Assembly: GCA_951406725.2 (NCBI GenBank)
Contig: OX597815.1
Coordinates: 189,906,001-189,970,000 of the forward strand
Direction: 5' to 3'
Origin: Octopus vulgaris
Lineage: Eukaryota
DNA length: 64,000 nt
Shown here: one piece after another, positions 24,286 to 39,907 of the stretch
How positions within the stretch are numbered: the first letter of the stretch is position 1
Layout of the letters: every line of letters starts with the position of its first letter
The notes under the pieces: model-generated
What the model was told of the DNA's origin: nothing
The model's input: the letters and a program-made list of their open reading frames with translations, nothing else
The model's database searches: none
Program-made: the position numbers and the translations under genes

Positions 24286-25399
24286 GAAATATTTCAATTC
24301 AGAGTAAAAATAGATTGGAGGAAATTTAGGTTGAAAGATTCTGAAATTAATGGAAGAATTTTAATGACTTAATAAGGCTGAAAATTCAAAACAATTAAAG
24401 AAAGATATTTTTATTTTTATTTTGGGGATGTAATTTACTGTAAAACAGATTCAGTGATCAAGAAAATTTAATCTGGTACAGTTTTACTGAGAAAGTTTAT
24501 TATTTAACCTTTAGCAATAACCTCTGTCCTTTTTTTTTTTTTTTTTTTTTTTTGCAGCTTCTTTTCCTGTTGTTACAAAAACCTATTGTTGTACTATACT
24601 TTAAACTTTCCTGTGCTACTTTATCTGTTTCATCAACCTTCTTCTGATTATTTCATTATAACCAAGCCAATAAAGGAGCTTCTGTGAAACTGCTTGGCAT
24701 GCTGGAAATGTGTTGTCTAGTTTAACACCAGTAAACTTCAATAAAGATCCCAGCACCAGTGTTGGGTTAACCATTAAACAAAATAAGAACAAGCTCAGGA
24801 CATCAAGTGAAGCAAAGCCTCACAAAAATAGTAAATGGTTTATGGCACAAAAGAAATCACTTTAAACTTGCTAAAATAATATTTAGGATGCCTTATTTCT
24901 ACTAGGTATAGAAGCAGGCGCAGGAGTGGCTGTGTGGTAAGTAGCTTGTTTACCAACCACATGGTTCCGGGTTCAGTCCCACTGCGTGGCACCTTGGGCA
25001 AGTGTCTTCTACTATAGCCTCGGGCCGACCAAAGCCTTGTGAGTGGATTTGGTAGACGGAAACTGAAAGAAGCCCATCGTATATATGTATATATATATAT
25101 ATATATGCGTGTATGTGTTTGTGTGTCTGTGTTTGTCCCCCTAGCATTGCTTGACAACCGATGCTGGTGTGTTTATGTCCCCGTTACTTAGCAGTAACGA
25201 GACCAATAGAATAAGTACTGGGCTTACAAAAAGAATAAGTCCTGGGGTCGAGTTGCTTGATTAAAGGTGGTGCTCCAGCATGGCCGCAGTCAAATGACTG
25301 AAACAAGTAAAAGAGTAAACAGATTTGTTACATAAGTTTAATTTTGAAAATCCTATCAAAGACTTTGCAATTAAAAAAACTAGAAAGCTTCAAATATAT

Positions 25400-25707
25400 T
25401 TCGTTTTTGTATGTGGTTTGCAAGATTCTTTTTGTGAATTCGTGTGTTGAAGCATATTTTATTGTGTCTGGAGAGAGTCATTCTCTTTTAGTGCCTTATT
25501 AATTTAACACACTCACTGGTCTGATTTCCACTCCTTTACTTATTATTTTTTACTAACATTTTCATTACAACTTGCAACTTTTCAATAGTTTTCATTGATT
25601 CTGTCTGGATAGGATCAATGACTATTGAAAAGGTTGCAAGTCGAAATGAAAATGTTAGTAAAGAATAAGTAAATGAGTGGAAATCAGACCAGTGAGTGTG
25701 TTAAATT
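25400..25707. mobile_element. Foldback of the U3:A8 hammerhead-like family
   Basis: 25501-25610 is the inverse of 25613-25707. Related to 20617-20842 and 5590-5680. Confidence 0.65.
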
Positions 25708-27234
25708 TTCAAATATAAATAAAGTGGAAGCATATACAAAAATAGAAGGTGGCACGATGGCAGAAACATTAGCATGCCGGGCGAAATGCTTGACGGTATT
25801 TTGTCTGTCTTTACGTTCTGAGTTCAAATTCTGCTGAGGTTGACTTTATCTTTCGTCCTTTCAAGGTCGATAAATTAAGTACCAGTTATGCACTGGAGTC
25901 GATGTAATCGACTTGATACCTTTGTCTGTCCTTGTTTGTCCCCTTTATGTTTAACCCCTTGTGGGCAATAAAGAAATAAGAAACATTAGCATGCTAGGTG
26001 AAATGCTTAGCCATATTTCGTCTGTCTTTACATTCTGAGTTCAAATTCCGCAAAGGTCGATTTTGCTTTTCATCCTTTCGAGGTCGATAAATTAAGTACC
26101 AGTTATGCACTGGAGTCGATGTAATCGACTTAATACCTTTGTCTGTCCTTGTTTGTCCCCTCAATGTTTAGCCCCTTGTGGGCAATAAAGAAATAAGTAT
26201 ACACAAAAATAAATTTTGTTTTCCATCTTATTGTTACATTTGTTTCATTTTTGAAAAGTAAGAATTTATTTTATGGTTTATTATTGTTTATATTTCAAAT
26301 TACATATATATTGGGGTACCAAAATCATTTAAGTGCTTAGGGCCTTTATGGGTCTTAAAATCCAAGCTTGAGTCCCAAAATAATTTGAGTGGAGTTCACT
26401 GTTACAATATCCAGAAAATAAATATCTCCCTCTGTGGGTGACTCGATATCCCTCTCTCCTTTTCCCACTTCATGAGACCCCTGAAAGATCTTACTTATTG
26501 CCCTTCCTTCTCTGATTAAATCATAAAAAAAGGAAGAATACATTAGATAATATGGTCCTAAATGTAATCTTGACAACTGGCATCCGTGCTAGTGGGGTAC
26601 AAAGAGCACCAAAAGAGCACCATATGAAGGTGATCGTTGCCAGAGCAGCCAACTGGCTCCATGCCAGTGGCACATAAAAGGGAAACATTCGAGTGTGATC
26701 GTTACCAGCGTTGCCTTACTGGCACCTGTGCTGATGGCAGGTGTAAAAAGATTCGAGTGAGGTCATTGCCAGTACCGCCTGACTGACCCCCGTGCCAGTG
26801 GCACGTAAAAAGCACCCACTACACTCTCGGAGTGGTTGGTGTTAGGAAGGGCATCCAGCTGTAGAAACTCTGCCAGATCAAGATTGAAGCCTGGTCCAGC
26901 CATCTGGTTCACTGGCCCTCAGTCAAAATCGTCCAACCCATGCTAGCATGGAAAGCGGACATTAAACGATGATGATGATGATGATGATGAAAATGGTTTA
27001 GATGATCCCAAATGCAATGGCATTGGTCATTCGTTGGTGTGATCGATTGAGGATGACCTGAAGCTAAGCAATAATGACTGTCTCATTCTAATTCACACAT
27101 CTTGAAAGTTTCACTATGTCTGACCTTTCTGTTTTTCTGCATTCAGAAAAAAAAATAATAATCTGTCATTATCAGTGATGACATTCAGAGAGAGAAACAC
27201 TGAAACAACGACTATTAATGACAAAAATGTCAGC

Positions 27235-27610
27235 TCATCATCACCACCACCACCACCACCACCACCATCATCATCATCACCACCACCACCATCACCGCCA
27301 CCACTGCATCATCATCATCACCGCCACCACTGCAACTACCACCATCACCACCACTACCACTGCCATCTTCATCATCACCGTCACCACCACCACCACCACC
27401 ATTTTCATCATCTTCAATGTCACCACCACCACCACCAGCATCATCACCGTCACCACCACCACCATCCTCATCATTGTCACCCCCATCATCATCACCGTCA
27501 CCATCACCACCATCATCACCACCGCCACCACCACCATCATCATCACCGTCACCACCACCACCACTCTTTATCATCATCATCTATAACATTATCCTCCTCA
27601 TCACCATCAT
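27235..27610. repeat. (CAC/CAT)n array
   Basis: Directly visible. Confidence 0.9.
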
Positions 27611-30600
27611 TACCAGCATTGCTGCTGCTACAACCAATACCAACCTTCATCGCTTTTGTTGTGGTAGTTATTCTTATTGTTGTTTAATCTCATACCAACC
27701 ATAATCAGTGCTCAAAAACATGTGTCACAAAGTTATTGCTCATATATTTAATGTGACTAGGGCAGTGAGCTGGCAAAATTGTTAGTATGTCAGGCCAACA
27801 TGTCAGGTATTTTCATCTATCTTTATATTTTGAGTTCAAATTCTGCAGAGATTGAATTTACCATTCATCCTTTTGAGATCGATAAAATATGTACCAGTTG
27901 TGTACTGGGGTTGATGTAATTGACTTACCCACTCCACTGAAATTGCTGGCCTTGTGCCAAAAATTGAAATCAATATATTTTAATGTGGTGAGAATTAAAC
28001 TGATAACTACAAATAATTATACTTAATGAGTTAAAAAGAAATATTTGACAATGTTTAATGTTATTTTCGTTTCTCTGTCAAATACAGATGACATTTGATC
28101 TATTTCAGCTTATTAGGATCTCATCAGCAAAGTGTTGCCTTCAGTTTCAGAATAAATTAACTGACAATATACACTTGGAAATAAGTGTAAGAGAAAAATT
28201 ATTGACTACATAATAGAGAATTAATTAATCAGAAATCTAATTATGTATGTGAATATATATTTAGCCTAGAACTAAATTATTCTGGGAGATATAATCCCCA
28301 GAATGTGAGTTTGGCAATTAAAGTAAAATTATCTAAATATCAGAACTGTCTATTCTCTCTAAGGCTTATTGTCTTCAAATTATTTGCAAGTAAGACTAAA
28401 TATACCTATGTATTCTCATATGAGATTAATTAATATATAAGTTCTGTGCTGCGTTGCATAATTTAGTCCCAAATCTGGCCTCTCCAGAACCTTGGACTTC
28501 TTCCGCCAGCAGCATCTTCGAACATCAATGCAATAACCCCTTTCCATTCAGCAGATGTGAGGAAAATGTCATTGCTTTAATAATCAAATCAGTTTCTATG
28601 GTATGGAGGGCCATAGAAATTTTCCCATGTCATTCCAGCACAATAAAAATATACTGTTATTACATCAAAGCACCACATTTTCTCAATTATGCCATTTTGT
28701 TTAAAATACCAAAAATATCAAAAAAACTGAAAAGGACAGATAAATCAAAAAGATTCTAAATCTACTAAACATTATTCTATCTTCCATTTTGTTTCATTCC
28801 AAACATAAATTGAATCCTGAGGGAAATATTTTATAATACCACTGTGTTTATTATTTTATTGTGTTCTATTATTTTGCAAGAACACTAACATAATTTACAC
28901 AAAAACTCAAAATCTATCATATTCAATATCCTTTTGCATATAAACTTCAATTCACTCTTGGTTGTTTTCTGCATTTTTTGCTGTCTTTTTTAGGTGTTGT
29001 TTGTTTTTTTTTCATTAAATTCTTTTTTGCTGTTTCATTTTCTTATGCGTTCTGTTTTTATTCCTTGTAACAACACATCAACATAGAGAATAAATACCAA
29101 GATACTGTTACTATTCTGAAACCTCTCTATAATAAACATTCTGCAACTAAATGTTCATAGAATATATGACACACTATTGACAAAAGCTATACTTGAGTTA
29201 TAATAATATTATACAAAGAAGAATCTCTAAGTTTGAAATTTATTTATCAACTGATCAAACAAAACAGCAATTTCTAAAAATATTTTGTATCAATTTTTTT
29301 TTTTTTTATATTTGCTACAAGCAAATAAATCTATTACTTGGGAAAGCATTTCCCATTGTTGATTTATTTATTTTATCATTTCAATTTTTATTACAACAAA
29401 AAGGCTGTCCTTTTTATAACGTATATAAATTTTAGAGAGCGATCTGTTTACATGATTTACATTATTCTTCTTATAACATCAACAATCTGTGTTTGTATCT
29501 TAGAAATTTCAATAAATATCTTCTTTAATCTTCATCAGGTTCTTCCTGTTGAAATTTTTTGACACTGTCTCCCTTTCTCCTTCTGCATTTCTTTCTGTAT
29601 ATTTCTCTCTTTCTCTTTTACTCTTTCTCTTCACCCCTCTCTCTTCTACTCTCCCTCTCTCTCTTTCTTCCTCTCTTGTTTCACATACTTGTATCTTGTG
29701 ATGCATGCGTTCCTATCATTAGGAGTTTATATGGTGGAAAATGTACTTCGGAACAATAAATTACTGAAGGGCATTCACTCAATTTGAAGCAAAAGAGAAA
29801 CAAGAAGACCAGAATAACTGTCGACATTGTGTTTCAATACAAGGCTTTATTCAAAAGGGGTAGAACGATTTGCTGGGATTTTAATGTATGTGCATTCTTT
29901 GAGAGTGCCCTGACATATCAACCTGTTCCACCAATTAAAAATACATTTAACTTCATATATGTGTGTGTATGTGTGTGTTTGTTTATATATATACATATAG
30001 GTATAGATACAGATATATAGATTCATATATATATATATATATATATGCATGAATAGATCAAGATTGAAGCCTGGTGCAGCCATCTGGTTCGCCAGCCCTC
30101 AGTCAAATCATCCATCCCATGCTAGCATGGAAAGCAGACGTTAAACGATGATAATGATGTATATATGTATGTACATATGTGTGTGTAGATTTATAGAGAT
30201 ATATACATATACATACATATATATGTGTGCGCGTGTAAATATAGATAGGTATAGATGCAGACATATATATGATTTATACACAGAGAGGCAAGCCATTAAC
30301 AAGTTGCCTGACATACTAGAAAGAACAGTCAAAATGTCCAAACCACAGTTAAGTTTGGACTTTCTGACTGTTCTTTCTAGTATGTAAGGTGACCTGTTAA
30401 GGCTCACCTCTTTTGTGTTTAAATGTACACTAATTTTTATATGAAAAATATGTCTATTGACTTTGTATACATACTAAGCCACTGGTAGAAAAAATTTCTA
30501 TAATTTTTTCCTATCCTATAGAAATTTAAGAAATATATATATGTATATGTATACATTTGTATACATTTTCTTGACAGGCCCTTCTATATATTTTGTATTT

Positions 30601-31324
30601 TTATGCACATATATATTTTTTACCATTAGTGTTTATATATGTATTCCTTTTATATATTGAATATATATATACACACACATATACGATGGGCTTCTTTCAG
30701 TTTCCATCTACCAAATCCACTCACAAGGCTTTTGTCGGCCCGAGACCATAGTAGAAGACACTTGCCCAAGGTACCACACAGTGGGACTGAACTCAGAACC
30801 ATATTGCTGGTAAGCAAGCTACTTACCACACAGCCACTCCTATGCCTTAATTATAATTATGTTTTTCTTTAAAAAAATATAGACAGTGCTGAAGTCGAAC
30901 CCAAGGCCCTAGACAAGTATAACAGATACAATAGAAAATGTTCAAATCAGGCAGACTATGATTAACACATAAATATACAGGTTTAATTAGGATAAAATAA
31001 GAATTGTCCAATCTGAAACAGATATTGATATTTTAGAAATATAAAAATATAGAAATATTTAAAAAAATAGAAATATTAAAATATAGAAATATAAAAAATA
31101 TATGAATACTAATAGTATATATGGACATAGAGATGTATAGATATGTCAACATAATAATAACAGAATATAGATAAAAATAATAATGGAATATAGGAAAAAG
31201 ACGTTTTTAAAAATTCAAAATATAATATAGAGAAAATAACAGGCATTAAAGAGTTTTTGGTAACGTGGTAGAGGAAAATATAATGATTTGAACTTTTTCT
31301 ATTGTATATGTTACACTTATGTGT

Positions 31325-31370
<46 letters not shown>

Positions 31371-32009
31371 AGGCACAATGGCCCAGTGGTTAGGGCAGCG
31401 GACTCGTGGTGATAGGATCATGGTTTCAATTCTCAGACTGGGCGTTGTGAGTGTTTATTGAGTGAAAACACCTAAAGCTCCTTGAGGCTCCAGCAGGGGC
31501 TGGTGGCAAACCCTGCTGTACTCTTTCACCACAACTTTTTCTCATTCTGTCTTCCTGTTTCTGTTGTACCTGTATTTCAAAGGGCCAGCCTTATCACACC
31601 CTGTGTCATGCTGAATCTCTCACCAAAACTATGTTAAAGGTACACGTGTTTGTGGAGTGCTCAGCCACTTGCACATTAATTTCCCAAGTGGGCTGTTCTA
31701 TTGATTGGATCAGCTGGAACCCTCATTGTCATAACCGGTGGAGTGCCACGATAAATATATATCTATTTATATGTATGCCTGTGTGAGTGTGTATGTTATT
31801 CTCTCTCTCTCTTTATCATGACTTTATGTGGTTGTTGTAAATGAAAGTCACTCTCATACAAGTGGTCTACTTCTTTTCCAGCCTTCTAGGGAGACATGTT
31901 TCATCATGGGATGAAGGTTGGTGACAGGAAGGGCATCCAGCAGTATAAAATCAGCCTCAACAAATGCTGTCCAACCCATGCAAGCATGGAAAAGTGGATG
32001 TTAAAACAA

Positions 32010-32420
32010 TGTTGATGATGAAGATGAAGATGATGATGATAATGACAATGATGATGATAATGATGACGATGGCACCGATGATGATGATGATGACAATGGT
32101 GATGACGGTGATGATGATGATGACAATGGTGATGACGACGATGATGATGATGATGGTAATGACAATGATGATGATGACAATGGTGATGACAATGGTGATG
32201 ACAACGACAACAAGGATGATGATGATAATGATGATGATGATGATGACAATGGTGATGACAACGATGATGATGATGATGACAATGGTGATGACAACGATGA
32301 CGAGGATGATGATGATAATGACGATGATGATGATGACAATGGTGATGACAACGATGATAATGACAATGGTGATGACAACGACGACGACGACGATGATGCT
32401 GATGATGACAACGACAAAAA
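32010..32420. repeat. (GAT/GAC)n array extending an RTE-like tail
   Basis: Follows CCAACCCATGCAAGCATGGAAAAGTGGATGTTAAAAC. Confidence 0.9.
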
Positions 32421-33289
32421 TGATAGTGAAATTTATTCATCGATTGCTATTCACAAGCAACTAAGTCCGTATTTACGAAAATATCAGGGCCTGATGCTAT
32501 TCTGTTCATCTAGCCAGAACATCTTCATGGCTGAACTATATATAACTGTTAATGGCTACCTTCTGTACACTTAGCATTAAGCATTCTATTTTACTTAACA
32601 CATGGATACAATACAATACCATACAATAGAATAACGTGTTTGTTGTTATAGATTCAACTTCTGTCTCAGGCACTGAAATAAGTTCTTAAATAAAGTCGAT
32701 CATTGAGTTTACTTTACTCTGTCTAATAAAGCAAGCAATTTAATGAGCTATGTTTAGTGTTGGCCTTAAATGCGTATCCAAAATGTTGAAAGCAATTCTG
32801 TGCTGAAACTAATGTTGAGTGTTCCCAATCAGCTAAAAGGCAATTTATTGATTTCTTAGAAAGTAATTCATAAAATCAGCATTGCTGAATATGATTTAAT
32901 GCTTCATTATTTATACTAGAACGTAAGTGTTATTCGTGCTATGAAATCCAGGAAGATGAATGGCTAAATCAACATTAGCAGAGTCTATGGGATCTAAGAC
33001 GATGAATGAATGGCTAAGATGACACTAGCGAAATCTATCAGATATAACGCCTTCCAAACTTTTCGTTACATGACTAGGTTCTGATGAGCCATAAAAACAA
33101 ATGAAATTATTGAAGACAATAATAATATAATAATGAGCTGATTGCATTCAGTGCTCAGGTACACAGTGACTCACCTGAAAAAGGTAAAAAAAATGGGGAC
33201 AGAAAACAGTAGTCAGTCCAGTAAATAAAGACAGTGATGAAGGCCATAAATGCATGCAGAGTATACAAACAATTTATCCCTATAAGGTT

Positions 33290-33610
33290 AATTCTCCAGG
33301 GCAACTGACTTGGTAAACACCCACAAAATTATTAACTATTGCACCAACAACCACCTTGAGCACTTTTTTGAGCTCTATGTGTCTAACACATGTGGGAATG
33401 CCTACAAAGTCAGAAAACAGCTCAGCTCCCATGACTTTCAGAAACATTTTTTTCAGACTCAGAGTTGCTGAAGCATAGAACAAACTACCTGCATCAGTTG
33501 TTAGCTGCTGAGGCATTGCATCATTTAAAACCTTCATACTTCCAGAAATTCACCAATACTACACCTGATATCCACCAGATGCCTTTTCGTGATGCTGATT
33601 CTTGCCTTTT
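33290..33610 (+). mobile_element. CR1-clade LINE 3' fragment
   Basis: THKIIN...HFFEL...FQKHFFRLRVAEA*NKLPASVV resembles the CR1 C-terminal RVV..WN.LP..VV motif. Confidence 0.7.
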
Positions 33611-35209
33611 TTTTTGCCTTTTTTTTTTTAATGTAATTGACTTAATCCCTTTGTTTGTCCTCTCTATGTTTAGCCCCTTGTGGGCAATAAAGAAATAAGA
33701 AGTATGCTTTTCTACCACATGGTACCAGGTTCAGTTCCACTGTGTGACACCTTAGGCAAGTGCCTTCTACTATAGCCTTGGGCTGACCAAAGCCTTGAGT
33801 GGATTTGGTAGATGGAAACTAAAAGAAGCCTGTCATATTTGGGTGTGTGGCAGGGAGGTTGTGTGTGGGGTGGGAGGTTGTGTGTGTGTGTGCATCTTTG
33901 TGTCTGTGTTTGTCCCCACTACTGCTTGGCAACCAGTGTTGGTGTGTTTATGTCCCTATAACTTAACAGTTCAGCAAAAAGAAGCCAATAAAATAAGTAC
34001 CAGACTTTAAAAAAAAAAAAGAACAGAAAAAATTCATTCGACTCAGAAAAAAAAAGATTCTTCAAGGTGGTGCCCCAGAATGGCCAGTCTAATGACCGAA
34101 AGAAGCAAAAGATAAAAGATGCCTGCAAAAGAAGTCTTGCACCATAAAGTAAGAAATAAAGGTTTGATTCCTATTAGAATCCTTTCCCTTCCATTAATTC
34201 AGTCAAGGCATGAACACCACAACATCATATTTTCCATTTGTATTAAATTAAAATCATGAAACTAGTTTTTTAAAAATGCATATGCAGGAGTGGCTCGGTG
34301 ATAAGTAGCTTGCTTACCAACCACATGGTTCCAGGTTCAGTCCCACTATGTGGCAATTTGGGCAAGTGTCTTCTACTATAGCCTCGGGCCAACCAAAGCC
34401 TTGTGAGTGGATTTGGTAAACGGAAACTGAAAGAACCCCGTCGTATATATGTGTGTCTGTGTTTGTCCTCCCCCCCCCAACATCGCTTGACAACCGATGC
34501 TGGTGTGTTTACATCTACATAACTTAGCAGTTTGGCAAAAGAGACCAATAGAATAAGTACTAGGCTTACAAAGAATAAGCCCCGGGGTCAATTTGCTCGA
34601 CTAAAGGCAGTGCTCCAGCATGACCACAGTCAAATGACTGAAACAAGTAAAAGAGTAAAAGAGTATGCTCCAAAGAAAATACTAATTAGTCAAACCTGTT
34701 AATTATCACGAAAATAGAAATTTACTTAAAAATTCTCTAACAGCAGCATATCTGAACAAAAGGGAAAACTTTAATAATTATCTGAAGTGCTGGCAGCAAA
34801 GATTTTTTAATATTCTGGAATTGTAGAATAAATATTCTAACCGTTCTGATTCCCTCTTGTGAGCTTTCTGTTTGTTTGCTCAAATTAAATTATTACTATC
34901 ATTTATAATTCTTTTGGCTTTTATTTCAATTCATATTGACTTTAAATGAACAATGCGTGTTTACCATTATGCCTAGTAGAAACGTTATACAACATGTTAT
35001 CTTTGAAAAATGCATTATAAAATATAAATAACATTGCTATTACAAACACACTCACACATATATATACACATATGTGTGTGTATACATATATACATATATA
35101 TATGTGTGTGTGTGTGTGTATATATATATATACAAATATAAATATATACCTATGCATAGTCTATATGTGAATATAAATATATACATATGTATGTATGTAT
35201 GTATATATA

Positions 35210-35247
<38 letters not shown>

Positions 35248-35360
35248 TGTCTATTTATGAATATAAATATATACATATGTATATGTATGTATATATATAT
35301 AATAATACATACATATGTATGTATATGTATATATATGCATATATATATATCCAACTATTT

Positions 35361-35405
<45 letters not shown>

Positions 35406-35527
35406 GCTACTGTTTTGAATAGTATATATATTTTAGTATATATTGTTTAATATTCCTGTGTATATATTTTGGTAGAAATCCAAGGCAAGTAATTAACACT
35501 GATGGTATAAATAGAGGGAAAACTTAC

Positions 35528-36576
35528 TACTGTGAGATCCTATTACGTGATCGCATATAATACAAACTGATAATGAAGAAAATTGCAGTTGAATAGCTTC
35601 TCTATAATGATAGATTTGATGACGCAGAAGAAATGCAAGATATTTCATGAAAAAAATTATTTCTTCTTCAGAAATTTTTGCCAATATTCCAATTTTTTTT
35701 TTGCTGAATCTTTACAATTTTACAAATAAATGTGAATTTTTTTTTTTCCTGCTCAAAGTGAAAGGCACTGCAGCCTAAATTATAGAATGAAATACTAAAA
35801 GTTTATTCATTCTCAAATATAAGTAATTTGTCTGTTATTCCATACTTTTTCACTCCATGTGCTGTGACTATTGGTGTGATCAATTGCAGACATTTATACT
35901 CTTTTCTGAAGATTCATAATTTTTCAATAGATAGATACCTATTTCTTTACTACCCACAAGGGGCTAAACACAGAGAGGATAAACAAGGACAGACAAACGG
36001 ATTAAGTCGATTATATCGACCCCAGTGCATAACTGGTACTTATTTTATCGACCCTGAAAGGATGAAAGGCAAAGTCGACCTCGGTGGAATTTGAACTCAG
36101 AATGTAGCGGCAGACAAAATACTGCTAAGCATTTTACCCGGCATGCTAACAATTCTGCCATCACACCACCTTTTCAATAGATAGATACAACAGTGGTTTA
36201 CCATTACCGTCTGTCAGTCTATTTATATTTTTTCTGTAAGTTTTCTTTTCTGATAATAACCCTGAGCCATAGGACTAATTCAACCCTTAGGCAAGGAAAC
36301 AGTTTATGTGACATTAGGGCATGCCTACTTTCCAATGGGCCTCTGTGCCATATGTCTTGGAGCCATCTGTTCTCTGAGTTCTGTATCCCGTAACCACAGG
36401 GCCATCTGCTCTTTTATTCATAACTGGAATCCTTGATATGTACTACCACCACAGGTTAGGGAACACTTCGCAGCTATGGTGATTAACTCTAAAATTACCA
36501 AAACTCCTGGACTCTTGAAATACAGTTTCACTTCTGGATGCCATTTAATGGTTTGCTCAAGATTAATGATTAATAC
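35528..36576 (-). pseudogene. Possible decayed C-type lectin exon relics, with a SINE between them
   Basis: TDGSKTYGTEAHWKVGMP (36317-36370) and FSKKKIGILAKISEEEIIFF (about 35650-35710) resemble CTL motifs. CAG acceptor at 36577 and GTAAGT donor at 35527. Stops and frameshifts present. Confidence 0.35.
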
Positions 36577-39020
36577 CTGAATGATATTACATTAAAGAAC
36601 TTTATTCCTGAGTTATAAAAATAAAAGCACCTTGCATATGTAAAGGTCTTTAATATGATGTGGTTGTGCACATGGGGCAATAATGTCTAAGCAAGACATT
36701 CTTTAATAGAAATTTCCACTTAACACTTTGGGGCTTACAGTAAATAAATAGAAACATTTCTGAGGTTTGTTACAAAAGAAAAGGGAAAATAATGACAAGG
36801 TTATTGAATTAAATAAAGCATATTTAAGGATATTAAAACTAGAGATAATATTTGATCTTATAAAGTAGAACAGGGCTAAGGTTTCATTGTTGTATATAGA
36901 AACAGAAAAACCAGAATGGATGTTCATGTTCCAAATATAAAAATCTGTTTAATTAATCAATATTAATATTTTTTGGCATTATGAGTTGGCAGAAATGATT
37001 GATTGTTAAATTAAATTCGACTTAGAGTATTATATTTTTGATAATTCAATGATGACCACATTGTTGGCTGTAGCAGTGTCTTGAGACAACACTAATTATA
37101 TAAGCTAATAAAGGAGTTTTCAATGTGGTATTTTGACCTGCTAGAAAAGGCAGCTACGTTGCCTCACACTCCACCTTTAAAAGTGGAAGGACACAATTTT
37201 ATGATATAATGCAATGTGGTAAAATAGAACTAAATTCATGGTCCCAGCAGACAAAATGAAAAAGGTGTTGCCCTGAGGATGGTGAGGGAGATGTACTGGA
37301 TCAACCTCTCTCACATTTGTTGATAGGATGATTATCCCAGATTTAGATGATTACCTTAGATACATTGTCTGAAAGTATGATAGGACAATCATAGCAAGAA
37401 TGGTTTGATTTGGGATTTACTCAGTCAAGTTTGCTAAAAGGCTAAACAAGAATTATCAATGAGTAACTAAGATAAGAATAGTTAGTGATGGTCACAACTG
37501 GCTACAACTATACTGAAAGTAAAACTGAAACATTTTGTTGTTATTGTTGCTTAGCTCCAAATTGGCTCTCATCAAAAATATTCCAACTGGTACCATAGCA
37601 AATTTTTAAAGCCATTAGTTAATCTATCTAGGACTATATCTTACACCATAACATTCTCTACATTTTTTAACATGCTAGCTGTGATCTGAGGGAGATTTGG
37701 CTGCTGTTTCTGTAGAGGCACTCTGTAAAATTGTTCATGAACAATTAGTAAAGAATTGGATCTGAGGTACCCATATGGCAGGTGATAAGGTGGCGAGCTG
37801 GCAGAAACGTTAGCGTACAGGGCGAAATGCTTTGCGGTATTTTGTCTGCCACTACATTCTGAGTTCAAATTCCACCGAGGTCGACTTTGCCTTTCATCCT
37901 TTCGGGGTCGATTAAATAAGTACCAGTTATGCACTGGGGTTGATATAATCGACTTAATCCACTTGTCTGTCCTTGTTTGTCTCCTCTGTGTTTAGCCCCT
38001 TGTGGGTAGTAAAGAAATAGGTATCCATATGGCAGGTGAACATTCTACCGTAAAACAATCTGACGCATGTATCATACTGCATTTTTGCTGTGCCAGGAGA
38101 GGAAGTAAAAATTATCCTTTTAATTATGTAAACATCGATCGAAAATAATTGTTCGAAAACAATTATTCAAAAAACATTTATTTGAATGAAAAATTGTATG
38201 AATGAAAATTATTCAGAAGAACAATTATACACAATGTTAATCATTCTAAATTTTTTATTTTATTTAAAGAAAAATGATAAAATTAAAAATCAAGTACACA
38301 AGTGATATTTATTTCGAATAACTGTTTATGAACAACTGTTTTTGAGCAATTTTATGATACGAAACATTTTTTCTGTCATATATATGAAAAAATCAGTGAT
38401 GCTGTACAAAAAATATATCTGGAAGTTAAAACAGAATCTGTGCTTTACATGTTTAAATACATTATTATCCTTCTTTTCTGTGTTCCTTAGTTTTTTTATT
38501 TCACATACTCATTGTTAACTCTGAGTTTAGTGACAACACTTACTCTTTTACTCTTTTACTTGCTTCAGTCATTTGACTGTGGCCATGCTGGAACACTACC
38601 TTTTGTCAAGCAAACTTATGTATGTATGTATGTATGTATGTATGTATGTATGTGTGTGTATATGTTTGTGTGTCTGTGTTTGTCCCCCTAACATCACTTG
38701 ACAACCGATGCTGGTGTGTTTACGTCCCCCGTAACTTAGCAGTTCGGCAAAAGAGACCAACAGAATAAGTACTAGGCTTACAAAGAATAAGTCCTGGGGT
38801 CGATTTGCTCGACTAAAGGCCATGCTCCAGCATGGTCAAAGTCAAATGACTGAAACAAGTAAAAGAGTAAAAAAGAGAGAGAACCTATAGCTCTTTCCAT
38901 AATTTCACAACTACACACACACACGCACACACACACATACACATGTATGAATGCATGTATGAATGTGTATGTTTGTATGTGTGTGTCTATGTAGTTGTAT
39001 GTGATTGTGTATTCTTTTAC

Positions 39021-39108
39021 ATATTCCATCACTTGAACAAAAGTGTAGCATATGGCACTGTCAGTTTCGCCTGTCAAGAAACCATCTGGGCAATTTGTAT
39101 CTTGTAAG
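39021..39108 (-). pseudogene. Exon encoding a C-type lectin domain N-terminus
   Basis: [21 protein letters not shown] matches C-P-x-G-F-x(n)-C-Y-x-F. Preceded by AG acceptors at 39109 and 39101. Confidence 0.55.
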
Positions 39109-39253
39109 CTGTGTGGAATAAATGATCTCTTGCTTAAAAAAAAGAGGCAAGAATCAGCATCACGAAAAGGCATCTTTGTGAAAGACAATACATTCAATAA
39201 TACATTCTCCCAACCCATGCAACCATGGACAAACTGACGTAAATTAATGAATG

Positions 39254-39329
<76 letters not shown>

Positions 39330-39373
39330 ATATATATATGTGTAGATAGGTAGATAGCTGGATAGATAGATAC

Positions 39374-39421
<48 letters not shown>

Positions 39422-39438
39422 AGATAGGAAGATAGCTG

Positions 39439-39485
<47 letters not shown>

Positions 39486-39907
39486 GGACAGACAGGAAGA
39501 TAGATAGATAGATCAGATTTAATTTAGTTTCTACCAACTGAATTTACTCACAAGGCATTGGTAAGCTTGGGGTTATTGTCAAAGACATTTGCCCAGGTTG
39601 CCAAGCAGTGGAACTGAGCTGGTGTGTGTGTGTATGTGTGTGTGTGTATGTGTGTGTGTGTGTGTGTATGTGTGCCTGTGGGGGCATGTGTGTATGAGTG
39701 TATGTATGTAGGTATTTATGTATATAGGTAGGTAGGTAGCTAGGTACCCCCTCACACACTCACTCATACATACCTCATTAGCATTCGGAGGTTAGTAGTA
39801 CTTTACTAAAAGGAGTTATTTATCTTTATTTTAGTATTAACATTTATATTAAGGAAAATGTCATACCACTTATTTTCTGAACACCAGCAATCAATATGCC
39901 AACTTAC

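Noticed and set aside
28091-28134. Hammerhead-like CTGATGA..GAAA..TC on minus strand (also about 13185-13222 and 3875-3930)
   Set aside because: Stems I and II pair poorly and there is no second copy in the window to support a consensus.
36440-36475. TSP1-like CSLTCGG on minus strand
   Set aside because: Lacks the preceding WxxW and following RxR motifs, so probably chance.
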